Shown here: positions 36,489-45,276 of the stretch, one piece after another | Numbering within the stretch: the stretch's first letter is position 1 | Layout of the letters: each line of letters opens with the position of its first letter | Virus record (IMG/VR): IMGVR_UViG_3300034072_002211 | Coordinates: 1-64,000 of that record | Length of the DNA: 64,000 nucleotides | Reading direction: 5' to 3' (one strand) | Program-made: the position numbers and the translations under genes | Notes under the pieces: model-generated | Database searches by the model: none | The model's input: the letters and a program-made list of their open reading frames with translations, nothing else | What the model was told of the DNA's origin: nothing

Positions 36489-36644
36489 TTAAAGCGTTAT
36501 CCCAGCCCCAGCGAGCAGCTTCTGAGGGTCAAGCGTAGGGTCCTGTTGCGCGGCTTTAGTCACAACATGCTGAACAACGTCGCCGTTCTCAGGCTTGTAA
36601 TCACGGAGGATGCGAAGAACTTTCAGGAGGGTTGGTTTATGCAT
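36489..36644 (-). CDS. Small protein (51 aa) not in ORF track
   Basis: MHKPTLLKVLRILRDYKPENGDVVQHVVTKAAQQDPTLDPQKLLAGAGITL; TAATG coupling with upstream gene; followed by terminator. Confidence 0.65.
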   Translation of the reverse strand: MHKPTLLKVLRILRDYKPENGDVVQHVVTKAAQQDPTLDPQKLLAGAGITL

Positions 36645-36925
36645 TAGAATGCCGTCAGCGTTTGCTCACAACGCTCTTCAGCAACTTCTCTCGCCAGGCG
36701 ACCTTTATTGGGGTAGGCGTGAAGCTTGGGATAAGAGCCCATTTCCTTAAAATAGGCAATTCCTCGCTCGGTACACGCCGCGACTGAATCTTCAGTTTCG
36801 TTCGGTTCTGGCTCTGCGGCTTTTGCCTGGCTCGTCACCGGAGATGTCTTTTGGCCAGCTTCGTGATTGCTGGCTACTATTGCGAGCAGAACTAGTCCGC
36901 CCACAATCCAAGCAGCTTTCTTCAT
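36644..36925 (-). CDS. Hypothetical exported protein
   Basis: Start MKKAAWIVGGLVLLAIVAS (signal peptide-like). Confidence 0.6.
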   Translation of the reverse strand: MKKAAWIVGGLVLLAIVASNHEAGQKTSPVTSQAKAAEPEPNETEDSVAACTERGIAYFKEMGSYPKLHAYPNKGRLAREVAEERCEQTLTAF

Positions 36926-36943
36926 GCTACACTTCCGATCTAT

Positions 36944-36965
36944 GGGGAGGGCCGGAGCCCTCCCC
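36944..36965 (-). terminator. GC-rich hairpin after VWA gene
   Basis: GGGGAGGGC-cgga-GCCCTCCCC. Confidence 0.55.
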
Positions 36966-36971
36966 GAAGCC

Positions 36972-38258
36972 TTACGCCGCCTGGCGCTCGTCTTCCTTGA
37001 CATAGTAGGCCGTCATGCCGAACGGCGCCACAATGCTGGTGTTGCCGTGGACGATGAAGAGGGTATCGCAATAGTCCTCTTCGCCCCACGTGCCGCACGG
37101 ATAGCCGTCCGTGAACATCACGAACTTCTTGGGCTCGATGCTGTCACCGATGCCCTCGATGTCGCCGAAGCCATAGCCGGCCGGATCGCGCATGAACTCC
37201 CAGTTGCACTCGAACATGGTGCCACCGCCGCCCTTGGGCTCGTAGTCCATGATCTCGTCGATGTTGTTGTGCGTGAACACCTTGGGGTTATAGACCTGCG
37301 TGTCGAACGTCCAGAGCGTCAGCTTGAAGTCGTCGAACGTCTCCATGATGCCCTTGGTCTCCGAGAGGAAGTCCCGCAGCATCTGGTCGGTCATGGAGCC
37401 CGAGGTGTCGATGCAGACCGCAACGTCCACCGTGTCCTTGAAGTTCTGACCGGGCAGGATGACCGAGGCACCGCCGCCCACGCCCCACGAACGCTTGCTC
37501 GGGCGGTTGAACGTGTAGTCGTCCTTGATCGAGCTCTGGATGTGCATTTCCAGCAGCGTCCGCCAGTCCATGATCGGGTTGGTGAACGCGTCGATGAGCC
37601 GCTTGACACCCGCGGGAACCTTGCCGGCGCCGACCGCCTGGGCCGCGTTGATCACAGCCGCCTTGATCTCGTTGCGGATCTTCTGCTTGTCCTCTTCGGT
37701 CAGCTGGGGAGGTCCGTCGGGGCCGCCCTGGACCGTGACCGTGATGGTCTTGCCGCCGCCCTGGCCGTCACCGTCGTCGCCGTCCGAGCCGTCCATTTCC
37801 AGGTGCTCGTCGAGCGTCATCTGGATCTTGGCCTGGTTCTGCTCCAGCAGGCGGTAGACTTCCTCGGAGGTCATCTCGTCGGTGTACTTGTCGTCGTAGA
37901 GGCCGCCCTTGGGCATGTCGCCCAGCTTCTCCTTGACGAGGGTGTAGTTGACGATGTAGTCGTTCGCCATGTTCCAGAGCTTGTGCTCGCGCGAACCCTT
38001 ACGACCGAGGTGGTCGTAGACGCAGTGCATGACTTCGTGACCGATAAGGAAGAGCAGCTCTTCCTGGGTCAGCGACTTGATGAACTCGCGATTGTAATAG
38101 AGCTTGCGGCCGTCCGTGGCAGCAGTCTTACACCACTTGGTGGCGTCGACCAGTTCCATGCGGGTCGCGAGGTTGCCGAAGAACGGCTGGTTGAAGAGAA
38201 GCCCCACTCGGGCCTGGACGATGGCCTGAACCACCGGATCCGACATATTCGCTGCCAT
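36972..38258 (-). CDS. Metallopeptidase-like + VWA domain protein (DUF2201-like)
   Basis: TAATDGRKLYYN, HEVMHCVYDH (HExxH), VCIDTSGSM (MIDAS), GGGGT, MFTDGY; tracked ATG 38288 overlaps the -10 box so start reassigned to 38258. Confidence 0.88.
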   Translation of the reverse strand: MAANMSDPVVQAIVQARVGLLFNQPFFGNLATRMELVDATKWCKTAATDGRKLYYNREFIKSLTQEELLFLIGHEVMHCVYDHLGRKGSREHKLWNMANDYIVNYTLVKEKLGDMPKGGLYDDKYTDEMTSEEVYRLLEQNQAKIQMTLDEHLEMDGSDGDDGDGQGGGKTITVTVQGGPDGPPQLTEEDKQKIRNEIKAAVINAAQAVGAGKVPAGVKRLIDAFTNPIMDWRTLLEMHIQSSIKDDYTFNRPSKRSWGVGGGASVILPGQNFKDTVDVAVCIDTSGSMTDQMLRDFLSETKGIMETFDDFKLTLWTFDTQVYNPKVFTHNNIDEIMDYEPKGGGGTMFECNWEFMRDPAGYGFGDIEGIGDSIEPKKFVMFTDGYPCGTWGEEDYCDTLFIVHGNTSIVAPFGMTAYYVKEDERQAA

Positions 38259-38286
38259 GAGATCCTTCCTTGTTGTTCTGCCCGCC

Positions 38287-38314
38287 ATTATAGCGGACTG
38301 CCCCTGCGTGTCAA
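38287..38314 (-). promoter_or_regulatory. Sigma70-type promoter
   Basis: TTGACA-N16-TATAAT. Confidence 0.8.
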
Positions 38315-38362
38315 CTATTTAGGTGACGCGGGTGGAGCGAAAACTACTCGCCGTTCGCCTGT

Positions 38363-38399
38363 AAAATGAAGGGGCGGCACGTTGCCGCACCGCCCCTTC
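38363..38399 (-). terminator. Terminator after AAA+ gene
   Basis: GAAGGGGCGG-N12-CCGCCCCTTC then ATTTT. Confidence 0.7.
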
Positions 38400-38427
38400 C
38401 CCGTTAGGCCACGGGAGCCGTAGCGCA

Positions 38428-39627
38428 TCAGGCCTGCAGGATGAGGTCCTGATACTTGTCCGAGAATTCGTCCCAGTTCTTCATGCCCGACGGGTCGAAC
38501 TGGATCCGGAAGATCGCCAGCGCCGTCCGCGAGCCCATGATGACCATTTCCGACTGGAAGTTCTTCATCATGAAGCCGAGGAAGTTGTCCACGTTGGCCG
38601 AGAACTTCTTCTTGTCCTCCGCCTTGGCGCCCTTCGCCGAGGAATTCTCGTAGCGGTCCTTCAGCTCGTAGCAGAGCGCCGTGGTCAGCGCATACATCAG
38701 GCTGATGTCCGCGCCCTTCTTCAGGTCCGTCACGCGACCCTCGAGGATGTCGCTGGCGTCCGGCAGGCTGGCCGCGTTCTTGCGATATTCCAGGAACTTG
38801 ACCGCGATGCCGTCACCGACCGAGCCGGCGATCAGGCCCATCTGGACCATTTCCGGAATGTTCGGGTCGCCGCGCAGAATGTCGGAGACCATTTCCCAGG
38901 AACGCGGGGTCGGGAAGCCGCGCGACGCGCTGGTCGCCTCGAACTGGAACAGCTCGTGCTTGAAAGCGGTCAGGTAGCCGACGACCGCCTGGTGGAAGCC
39001 GGTCTGGAGCGCGAAGGTCTGGAAGTCCTCGAAGTCCACGCGCATCTCGATGTGCGTGAAGCGATTCTGGAGCGGGGTCGGCATCTTGAAGGTCGCGCCC
39101 TTGTCCGTCTCGCGGTTACCGGCCGCCATCACGATCACGTTGTCGGGAACGTAATATTCGCCGAGCGCGCCGTCGAGAACGAGCTGGTAGGAGCCGGCCT
39201 GGACCGAAGGAGCAGCGTTGGGCAGCTCGTCCAGCAGGATGATCGCGCCGTCATATTCCTTGCCGAACTGGTCGGTCACGGTCGCGGTGCGCTTGCCTTC
39301 ATCGCGCTTCGGCAGCAGAGCCGGGATGGCCCACTCCACGAACGCCTTGCCGTCGTCCGACTTGAACGGAACCGGGATACCGCGAAGGTCGGTCGGCTCC
39401 ATCTGGGTGAGGCGAATATCGATGAGCTTGAAGTTCAGCTCGTCGGCGACCTGCTCGACGACCGACGACTTCGCAATGCCCGGCGCACCCCAGACGAAAA
39501 GACCACGGCGCTTCTTGCCGCGCTTTGCGTTCTCGAGGTTCACATTCACCATGTGCTTGATCGCGATCGCTGCTTCCGACGGCTTCAGCGTCAGCGAGTC
39601 GATACGCGAGGAACCCTTCTTGCTCAT
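38428..39627 (-). CDS. MoxR-like AAA+ ATPase
   Basis: Walker A WGAPGIAKS, Walker B ILLDELPNA, AAGNRETD, PLQNRF, FPTPRSWE; start MSKKG with AAGGAG RBS. Confidence 0.9.
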   Translation of the reverse strand: MSKKGSSRIDSLTLKPSEAAIAIKHMVNVNLENAKRGKKRRGLFVWGAPGIAKSSVVEQVADELNFKLIDIRLTQMEPTDLRGIPVPFKSDDGKAFVEWAIPALLPKRDEGKRTATVTDQFGKEYDGAIILLDELPNAAPSVQAGSYQLVLDGALGEYYVPDNVIVMAAGNRETDKGATFKMPTPLQNRFTHIEMRVDFEDFQTFALQTGFHQAVVGYLTAFKHELFQFEATSASRGFPTPRSWEMVSDILRGDPNIPEMVQMGLIAGSVGDGIAVKFLEYRKNAASLPDASDILEGRVTDLKKGADISLMYALTTALCYELKDRYENSSAKGAKAEDKKKFSANVDNFLGFMMKNFQSEMVIMGSRTALAIFRIQFDPSGMKNWDEFSDKYQDLILQA

Positions 39628-39812
39628 TTGAACTCCTTTGTTTGGCCTAACGGTCTGTAAAACCACAACCACCAATAGCACCGAGGAAAAAGGTGTCAAC
39701 CAACTTTTTCTGGGCCTTGGTGAGGAATTGCTTCCCCCGCCGCTGTCCTGTGGTTAGCGGGGGCGAATCAAACTCGCAATATAGAAAATGCACCAAAGGT
39801 AAGATTTTTGGG

Positions 39813-40208
39813 TCAGCCCTCGAAAGCTGTGAGCAGAATGTCCAAGTCACCTACTAGCTTGGCTCGCATGGCCAGGTCGGCCTCAAAGAATGTAATCTCG
39901 ATAGGGAGAAAGTTGGTCGCATACCATGGCATGGTGCATTTGCGATCCAAGTACAATATATGACGGCTAGAAAAAGTCGTCTGATCAGGGAACGTCACCA
40001 CAAACTTCTTGAAGAAGCTGCTCATGATAGCCAGACCACCCTGACTCAGCTGAAGCCCATGCTTGTGCTCGTTGCCGTTTCGGAAATTCACAAACATCAT
40101 GCGGATGACTTCTTCATCCGTCATGCCAGGGATTTCACTCGCGTGCTTTACCGGCTTGGCGTCGTTGGCCTTCCGGATTGCGGCAACAATGGGATAGTGG
40201 ATGCTCAC
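39813..40208 (-). CDS. Hypothetical protein (divergent FxxxxDAxxFKL-like C-terminus)
   Basis: ITFFEADLAMRAKLVG; ATGA coupling. Confidence 0.7.
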   Translation of the reverse strand: MSIHYPIVAAIRKANDAKPVKHASEIPGMTDEEVIRMMFVNFRNGNEHKHGLQLSQGGLAIMSSFFKKFVVTFPDQTTFSSRHILYLDRKCTMPWYATNFLPIEITFFEADLAMRAKLVGDLDILLTAFEG

Positions 40209-40492
40209 TCGGAGATAGGCTTGCCGCCTGTTAGCTCATAGACCTTGAACTTGTCGGTCTTGAAGAGCTTGTTGAGCTTTTCAGCCAGATTGAAAGCATG
40301 GCCAGGATTGCTGAAGCTGACCTTCTTATACTTGGGACCTGGATAGTTGACCAAGCTGTTGATCGATCTCAGGTTAATAGGCTTGCCCTCATAGAAGACA
40401 GCATAGATCGCCTCAGCCTCCAAGACCTGTTCAGCCTTGTAGGTCTTGGGATCTGTGTAGTCCAGGAGAATCTTAGGCTTTGGACGCGACAT
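40205..40492 (-). CDS. Conserved jumbo-phage hypothetical protein
   Basis: MSRPKPKILL...IYAVFYEGKPINLR...YPGPKYKKVSFSNPGHAFNLAEKLN. Confidence 0.75.
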   Translation of the reverse strand: MSRPKPKILLDYTDPKTYKAEQVLEAEAIYAVFYEGKPINLRSINSLVNYPGPKYKKVSFSNPGHAFNLAEKLNKLFKTDKFKVYELTGGKPISE

Positions 40493-40530
40493 TTCCAACC
40501 TCTCTATTAAGCACATGGTTATTTATCCAA

Positions 40531-40558
40531 TTGACACTTTGGAGACCAGTGCTAGATA
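40531..40558 (+). promoter_or_regulatory. Sigma70-type promoter of coaE-coaD, probably leaderless transcript
   Basis: TTGACA-N16-TAGATA-ggacag-ATG; the same TAGATAGGACAGATG 15-mer precedes cysS (31302-31316, - strand). Confidence 0.75.
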
Positions 40559-40564
40559 GGACAG

Positions 40565-41152
40565 ATGGAAGAGTTCACTCGCATCGTAGGACTGACCGGC
40601 GGCATGGGCGCAGGCAAGAGCACCCTCGTCGAAGTCATCAGGAAAGCTAGTATTCCAGTCTTTGATGTGGACGCAGAGGTCCATGCCCTCTATGAGAATC
40701 CAGAGATCGCAGACCATATTGGCTGGTTGATCGGCTTGCCAAAGCCAGTGACCCGGCAGCTGGTCAGCCAGGAGATCGTCAAGTGTCCTGATCTTTTGCC
40801 CATCGTGGAAGAAGCCATGATGCGGAATCTGGAGCAGGAACTCCGGCGGCGACTTCTCCAACCCTATGACCCATTCCTCGTCATCGACGCTCCCCTGCTC
40901 TTTGAAATGGGCTGGGACAAGCGTTGCGACATGATCATCGCCATTCAGTGCCCAAGAGAGATCCGGGAAGCACGGGTGATTCAGCGCCCCAACATGACGC
41001 AGGAGAAGATGAAGCTGCTCATGGACAAGCAGGTGGACGAAACATTCCGCCTCATGAACAGCCACTTCATCATCCACAACGACAAAAGCATCGAAGAGGC
41101 CAAGGCCAAGATGGCCGGTATCATCGAGCACCTCAAGGATTTCTACGCATGA
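40565..41152 (+). CDS. coaE: Dephospho-CoA kinase
   Basis: IVGLTGGMGAGKST, VFDVDAEVH, VIDAPLLFEMG, R..R...R, QVD...R...SHFIIHN. Confidence 0.92.
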   Translation: MEEFTRIVGLTGGMGAGKSTLVEVIRKASIPVFDVDAEVHALYENPEIADHIGWLIGLPKPVTRQLVSQEIVKCPDLLPIVEEAMMRNLEQELRRRLLQPYDPFLVIDAPLLFEMGWDKRCDMIIAIQCPREIREARVIQRPNMTQEKMKLLMDKQVDETFRLMNSHFIIHNDKSIEEAKAKMAGIIEHLKDFYA

Positions 41153-41673
41153 GCACGATCGCACTCTACGCTGGATCCTTTGATCCCCTGACCCGTGGTC
41201 ACCTGGATATTGTGAGTAAGGCGGTTCAGACTTTTGAGACCACGCATGTGGCAGTGGGTCGCAATGCCACGAAGAAGGGCTTCTTTGCGGTGGAAAAGCG
41301 ATTGGAGCTCATCAAGAGCGCGATCGAGGAATGGGAGAATCCCATCCTGGCTCAGGCTCTGGCACATGGTCGTCTTCTGATCGGAGACTATGCGGGCATT
41401 TCCATTATCAAGTATGCCCATGAGATTGGCGCTACTCACATCGTGCGCGGCTTGCGTCAGGCAGGCGACTTCAATGATGAGTTCACACTCACGGGAGCGG
41501 CGGCCCATCTGGACCACACTGTGATCTTCACGCACTTCATCGGCAAGGAGAAATACCTCCATGTTTCGAGTGGTGTTGCGCGAGAGCTCGCCAGTCTTCA
41601 AGAGGACATCAGCTGGTTGGTAACACCCAGCGTGGAAAAGGCTCTGAAGGACGAATTCGCCTCCAGAGCCTAA
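41149..41673 (+). CDS. coaD: Phosphopantetheine adenylyltransferase
   Basis: IALYAGSFDPLTRGHLDIV, VAVGRNATKKGFF, IVRGLRQAGDFNDEF, HVSSGVARELA; ATGA overlap with coaE. Confidence 0.92.
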   Translation: MSTIALYAGSFDPLTRGHLDIVSKAVQTFETTHVAVGRNATKKGFFAVEKRLELIKSAIEEWENPILAQALAHGRLLIGDYAGISIIKYAHEIGATHIVRGLRQAGDFNDEFTLTGAAAHLDHTVIFTHFIGKEKYLHVSSGVARELASLQEDISWLVTPSVEKALKDEFASRA

Positions 41674-41678
41674 ACCAA

Positions 41679-41933
41679 TCAGTAGTCATCGCGGTCGTTG
41701 AGATCTGCGCGACGTTCCTGCCAAGTCTTCTCACCAAACCACTTGCGGGGATTACCGCAACAATAGCTTGAGCAAGGATGAGGGGTGACCGCGTTCTTGC
41801 GGATTGCCACCTCTCCCTCTGGATCACTCCAGCGGGTGAATGGATCAGTAAACCAGCCGTGGGACTTCATCCAACGACGAGTGTGGGCGATTGCGCGTTC
41901 TCGTTGCGCGCGGCGCCAGGACCTATCTCGCAT
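41679..41933 (-). CDS. Small basic Cys-containing phage protein
   Basis: MRDRSWRRAQRER...TPHPCSSYCCGNPRKWFGEKT; GGAGG RBS. Confidence 0.7.
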   Translation of the reverse strand: MRDRSWRRAQRERAIAHTRRWMKSHGWFTDPFTRWSDPEGEVAIRKNAVTPHPCSSYCCGNPRKWFGEKTWQERRADLNDRDDY

Positions 41934-42020
41934 GTTAACCTCCACATGCCTAGGCCCCGGAGCCAATTCCCCGGGGTCAGGGCATGAACGGAGGATTGAA
42001 TCCCTGTGTGTTCATATCGC

Positions 42021-42896
42021 CTACTTAGTAGCAACCTCGATTTGAGTCAAGGTAAAGGGTGGATTTTCCCTCGGATAGCCCCGAGCGTTATTGGCATAAA
42101 TCACACCATCAATCTCGGTCATCTTCCGCGTGTGAGTGTGACCATAGATCCAGTAACGAATCTTGTTGTTCACATCCGCATCAAGAACTTGCGACAAGGC
42201 GGTGTTCACGTAGCTGGGAGTCAGCGCATTCCAGACCGTGTTGCCGGGCTTCCACTCCATGATGTCAGCACGTGGGCTCATATGGGTAGCAACCACAATA
42301 CTCTCAATGGCATCGTCCTCACTGGCCAGCTTTACCTGGGATGCTAAGTTGATTGCCTGCTCAGCAGCAAGGCTTTCGGGGCTCTTGAGGTCGAAGTTGG
42401 GATAGCGGGAGTCATTGGAATACTGAACCCACGCGCGCTTGGCCGTGAAGTCAGGAATACCAGCCGTCTCATAGGCCTTGAAATCATACCAGCCCACCGC
42501 TCCAAAGAATGCTACCCCATCCACGAGCAAGCCAGTGTCATGCTTGAGGTGGTAGACGTTTGGATACTTGGCGAGTAGCTGAGTGAAGAAGGCATTGCCC
42601 TGATCTACCGTCATATCATTCTGGTAGTGATCATGGTTGCCTTCCACGACGACCACATACTCATATTCTTCCGCTGCCGCAGCAACCACCTGCCAGCTGG
42701 TCATCATGGTGTTCGCAATATCACCTGCGATCACTAGAACACGGCTGTCTGGGTTCTTAAACTGGCGCCAGTCAATGTAATAGAACATGGACTTGAAAGG
42801 CTCACCGGCCCACATGCGACGCTCAGGGTCGTGAAGCTGAGTCTTGCCGAACCAAGCATCCACGTGGAGGTCAGAGCAGAAATCAATCTTCATCAT
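42021..42896 (-). CDS. Metallophosphoesterase
   Basis: SDLHVD, IAGDI, VEGNHDHY, THMSP, YGHTH. Confidence 0.9.
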   Translation of the reverse strand: MMKIDFCSDLHVDAWFGKTQLHDPERRMWAGEPFKSMFYYIDWRQFKNPDSRVLVIAGDIANTMMTSWQVVAAAAEEYEYVVVVEGNHDHYQNDMTVDQGNAFFTQLLAKYPNVYHLKHDTGLLVDGVAFFGAVGWYDFKAYETAGIPDFTAKRAWVQYSNDSRYPNFDLKSPESLAAEQAINLASQVKLASEDDAIESIVVATHMSPRADIMEWKPGNTVWNALTPSYVNTALSQVLDADVNNKIRYWIYGHTHTRKMTEIDGVIYANNARGYPRENPPFTLTQIEVATK

Positions 42897-43114
42897 GACT
42901 TGAAAGATCCTCCACCGATCACAACTTCGGTGACCTGATTGGTATTTTGTAGCTTGCTGATTTCCTGGAGGAGTTCATTCTCCCTCAGGAGCAGCAGAGC
43001 GAGTTCGTTGGCGAGGTCCTGTGCCTCATCCATTGGCATATTGAGAACTGAGGTGCGGGACCGCGCCTGCTGGCGCACTCGGTCCACAAAGCGACGAATA
43101 ACAGGGTGGTTCAC
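42893..43114 (-). CDS. Hypothetical protein
   Basis: 73 aa, coupled to neighbours. Confidence 0.65.
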   Translation of the reverse strand: MNHPVIRRFVDRVRQQARSRTSVLNMPMDEAQDLANELALLLLRENELLQEISKLQNTNQVTEVVIGGGSFKS

Positions 43115-43578
43115 TTGTCTTGTCCCACCGAGAGATTTGCCTGTGTGTTCAACATGCTAATGTGGTTACTCAGCTCAAGCTTATTGCGGAATGGACCAAC
43201 GCTTTCGTAGTCCACGGTGGTCTTCTGCTTGGGGCAGTAGGCAATGGTCCAGCCGTTGGGATACTTGAGACCCCAATAGCCGGCCGCAAAGACCTGGCGT
43301 CCACCAGTCGTGTAGAGAGGCGGCTTCTCGCTCTGAACCACAATATGCTCATGCTTGACGGGAAAGCCGGCGATGTGGCTGACTTCGTCCTCATCTTGGC
43401 GCTGTTCAAGAGACAGCTTGCCAAACTTCTTCACCACCGCATCATAATCCTCGAACTCAATGCGAGTCGTTGGGCTCATGAAGAGGTAGCCAGGATCGAC
43501 CTTGAATAGAAGGCCTGAAGTGCCTGAATTTGCGCGAATGAGCCAGCTGTTGCTGGTCAATTGGAGCATTTTGCTCAT
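43111..43578 (-). CDS. Hypothetical protein
   Basis: 155 aa, GGAG RBS. Confidence 0.7.
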   Translation of the reverse strand: MSKMLQLTSNSWLIRANSGTSGLLFKVDPGYLFMSPTTRIEFEDYDAVVKKFGKLSLEQRQDEDEVSHIAGFPVKHEHIVVQSEKPPLYTTGGRQVFAAGYWGLKYPNGWTIAYCPKQKTTVDYESVGPFRNKLELSNHISMLNTQANLSVGQDK

Positions 43579-43636
43579 AGAAATCTCCAGTTAGTAGCTC
43601 AGTTGTAACTGAACCACTAACCAGAATTCAATAAAC

Positions 43637-44197
43637 TCAGCGGTCTAGAATGGCTTTCAGATGGTCCTGAATCACAGTGGGATTGCCTGAACCATGGAGG
43701 CGTTTCATAACCTGCCCTACTAGATAAGACAACAGAGCAGGGTTGCCATTCTTATAGCCCGTAACGTGAGGAGTATTCTTGCCCAAGGTTTCAGCAATGG
43801 CTTGCCACATTTTGGCCTCAGCATCCTGCCCGGTCTGCATCATATTGTCAATGCGGCCAGCCAGCGGATGATCCAGCCCTACTTGTCGCTCAGCAGTTTC
43901 AGGGATTACCTGACCCGTCGCCGCGTAGGCTTTGTGAAAAATGGGTCGGGTGCGATCCCGCTCGGCAGAAAAGTCGAGCACACCACGGCAGCGCATCACG
44001 CCTTGAACGCAGCCAATCCAGCGGCTGATCTTGTCGATGGGCCATACAAACAGATGCTCCAAGCAGCGATTCATCATCCAGCGGAGATGAGGAAAAGAAG
44101 TGTCGTCAGTCTCTGGAAGTGTGTCCTCAGAGGGGATCATATCCAAGAGACCAACGATGGTCTCCCGGTGTGCTACCCTGAGTGGGAGGTCGCTCAC
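43637..44197 (-). CDS. Hypothetical protein with C-terminal GatB/YqeY-like domain
   Basis: C-terminus YKNGNPALLSYLVGQVMKRLHGSGNPTVIQDHL matches GatB tail (YxxGKxxxxGFLVGQVMK..KGKANP). Confidence 0.65.
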   Translation of the reverse strand: MSDLPLRVAHRETIVGLLDMIPSEDTLPETDDTSFPHLRWMMNRCLEHLFVWPIDKISRWIGCVQGVMRCRGVLDFSAERDRTRPIFHKAYAATGQVIPETAERQVGLDHPLAGRIDNMMQTGQDAEAKMWQAIAETLGKNTPHVTGYKNGNPALLSYLVGQVMKRLHGSGNPTVIQDHLKAILDR

Positions 44198-44628
44198 AGG
44201 GCCTCCGCAGGGGCTTCTGAGGGGCGATAATAGTCCTTGGAAGCCTTGCTGTCTAGGCGGTGTTCGTCATTTTTGTCGTTGGCCCAAGCCGAAACGATGA
44301 AGCCCTCGCGAGCCAGAACGTATGAATAGTCATACTGCTCGTTGAGGTTGTGAACGCGGATCAGCATTTTCTGAATCTTGTTCAGCGACACACCGAACTC
44401 GTTGATCTGCTCGTAGATCTCCACCAGCGTGTTGCTGGGGTGGAAGATTTCCTCGCGGCTCGGCAGCGGGATGATGCCCCGGCGATCCTCGATCAACTGT
44501 TCAGCGGCATGGTAGGTAATGTCAACGTCGTTGATCTGGCCAATGAATTCAGCGCACATTGCGCCAAGGTTTTCAGGAAAGTAGATCTTGTTGTGGTAAC
44601 GACGCAGATTGGGACGTGGCTTTGCCAT
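44194..44628 (-). CDS. Hypothetical protein
   Basis: 144 aa, coupled. Confidence 0.7.
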   Translation of the reverse strand: MAKPRPNLRRYHNKIYFPENLGAMCAEFIGQINDVDITYHAAEQLIEDRRGIIPLPSREEIFHPSNTLVEIYEQINEFGVSLNKIQKMLIRVHNLNEQYDYSYVLAREGFIVSAWANDKNDEHRLDSKASKDYYRPSEAPAEAL

Positions 44629-44631
44629 GAT

Positions 44632-45192
44632 TTAGGCGATCTCCTTGAGCAACTTTTCTACGAGCTTGCGCTCGCAGAGCTTGCGGTTCTTGAACCGACT
44701 ATCATCTTCTGGGACTGCATAAACGAGGTAGTCCCTGACAAGCGGATGAAGTCGATCGGGAGGTCCTGCGTCAGCGGGAACCTCAAACTCCGCCATAGCC
44801 AAGTAGATGCCTTGTTCGTCTTTGAAGAGATCAATTTCCCACACGCCTGCGGTGTTATTGCAGGGTAGCAGGTATCGGGTCTTGGAAAGTTTGTGGTCGG
44901 CCTCACTCCATGCGAGGTCAAAGTCCTCCGTGCTCATTGGCATCTCGAGTTCGAGACAACCGGGTTGCTGCGTCAGATCATATTTGTAGGTGAAGATGCG
45001 TTCAACCTTGGGCTTGTCTGCTTCAGCATGAAAAGCCCATTCGCGCTTGCGGATACGACCTCCCTTGCCCAGGTAAGCCTGAGCGATATCGGCTCGACCG
45101 ATCAGCAAACCCGAAGTGGTGATGGGCTGAAGACGCGCATACAGTTCTTCGGGTGAGCGAAGGACATACTTGAATTCACGTTCGATAGGCAT
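44632..45192 (-). CDS. CYTH/triphosphate tunnel metalloenzyme
   Basis: IEREFKY (ExExK), RIRK, ELEM, SKTRY, WEIDLF, AEFE. Confidence 0.85.
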   Translation of the reverse strand: MPIEREFKYVLRSPEELYARLQPITTSGLLIGRADIAQAYLGKGGRIRKREWAFHAEADKPKVERIFTYKYDLTQQPGCLELEMPMSTEDFDLAWSEADHKLSKTRYLLPCNNTAGVWEIDLFKDEQGIYLAMAEFEVPADAGPPDRLHPLVRDYLVYAVPEDDSRFKNRKLCERKLVEKLLKEIA

Positions 45193-45276
45193 GCAACTTT
45201 CCCCTACGCTCCAGCGTTATATGCTGCCAGTGGAAGTGCGGGTCAACACCAAACACTGGCATTGCCCGCACCGCTG

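Noticed and set aside
42012-42023. Functional read-through extensions at TAG stops of 42021 and 56304 genes
   Set aside because: Read-through adds only 3-4 residues before the next stop, so no new domain is produced.
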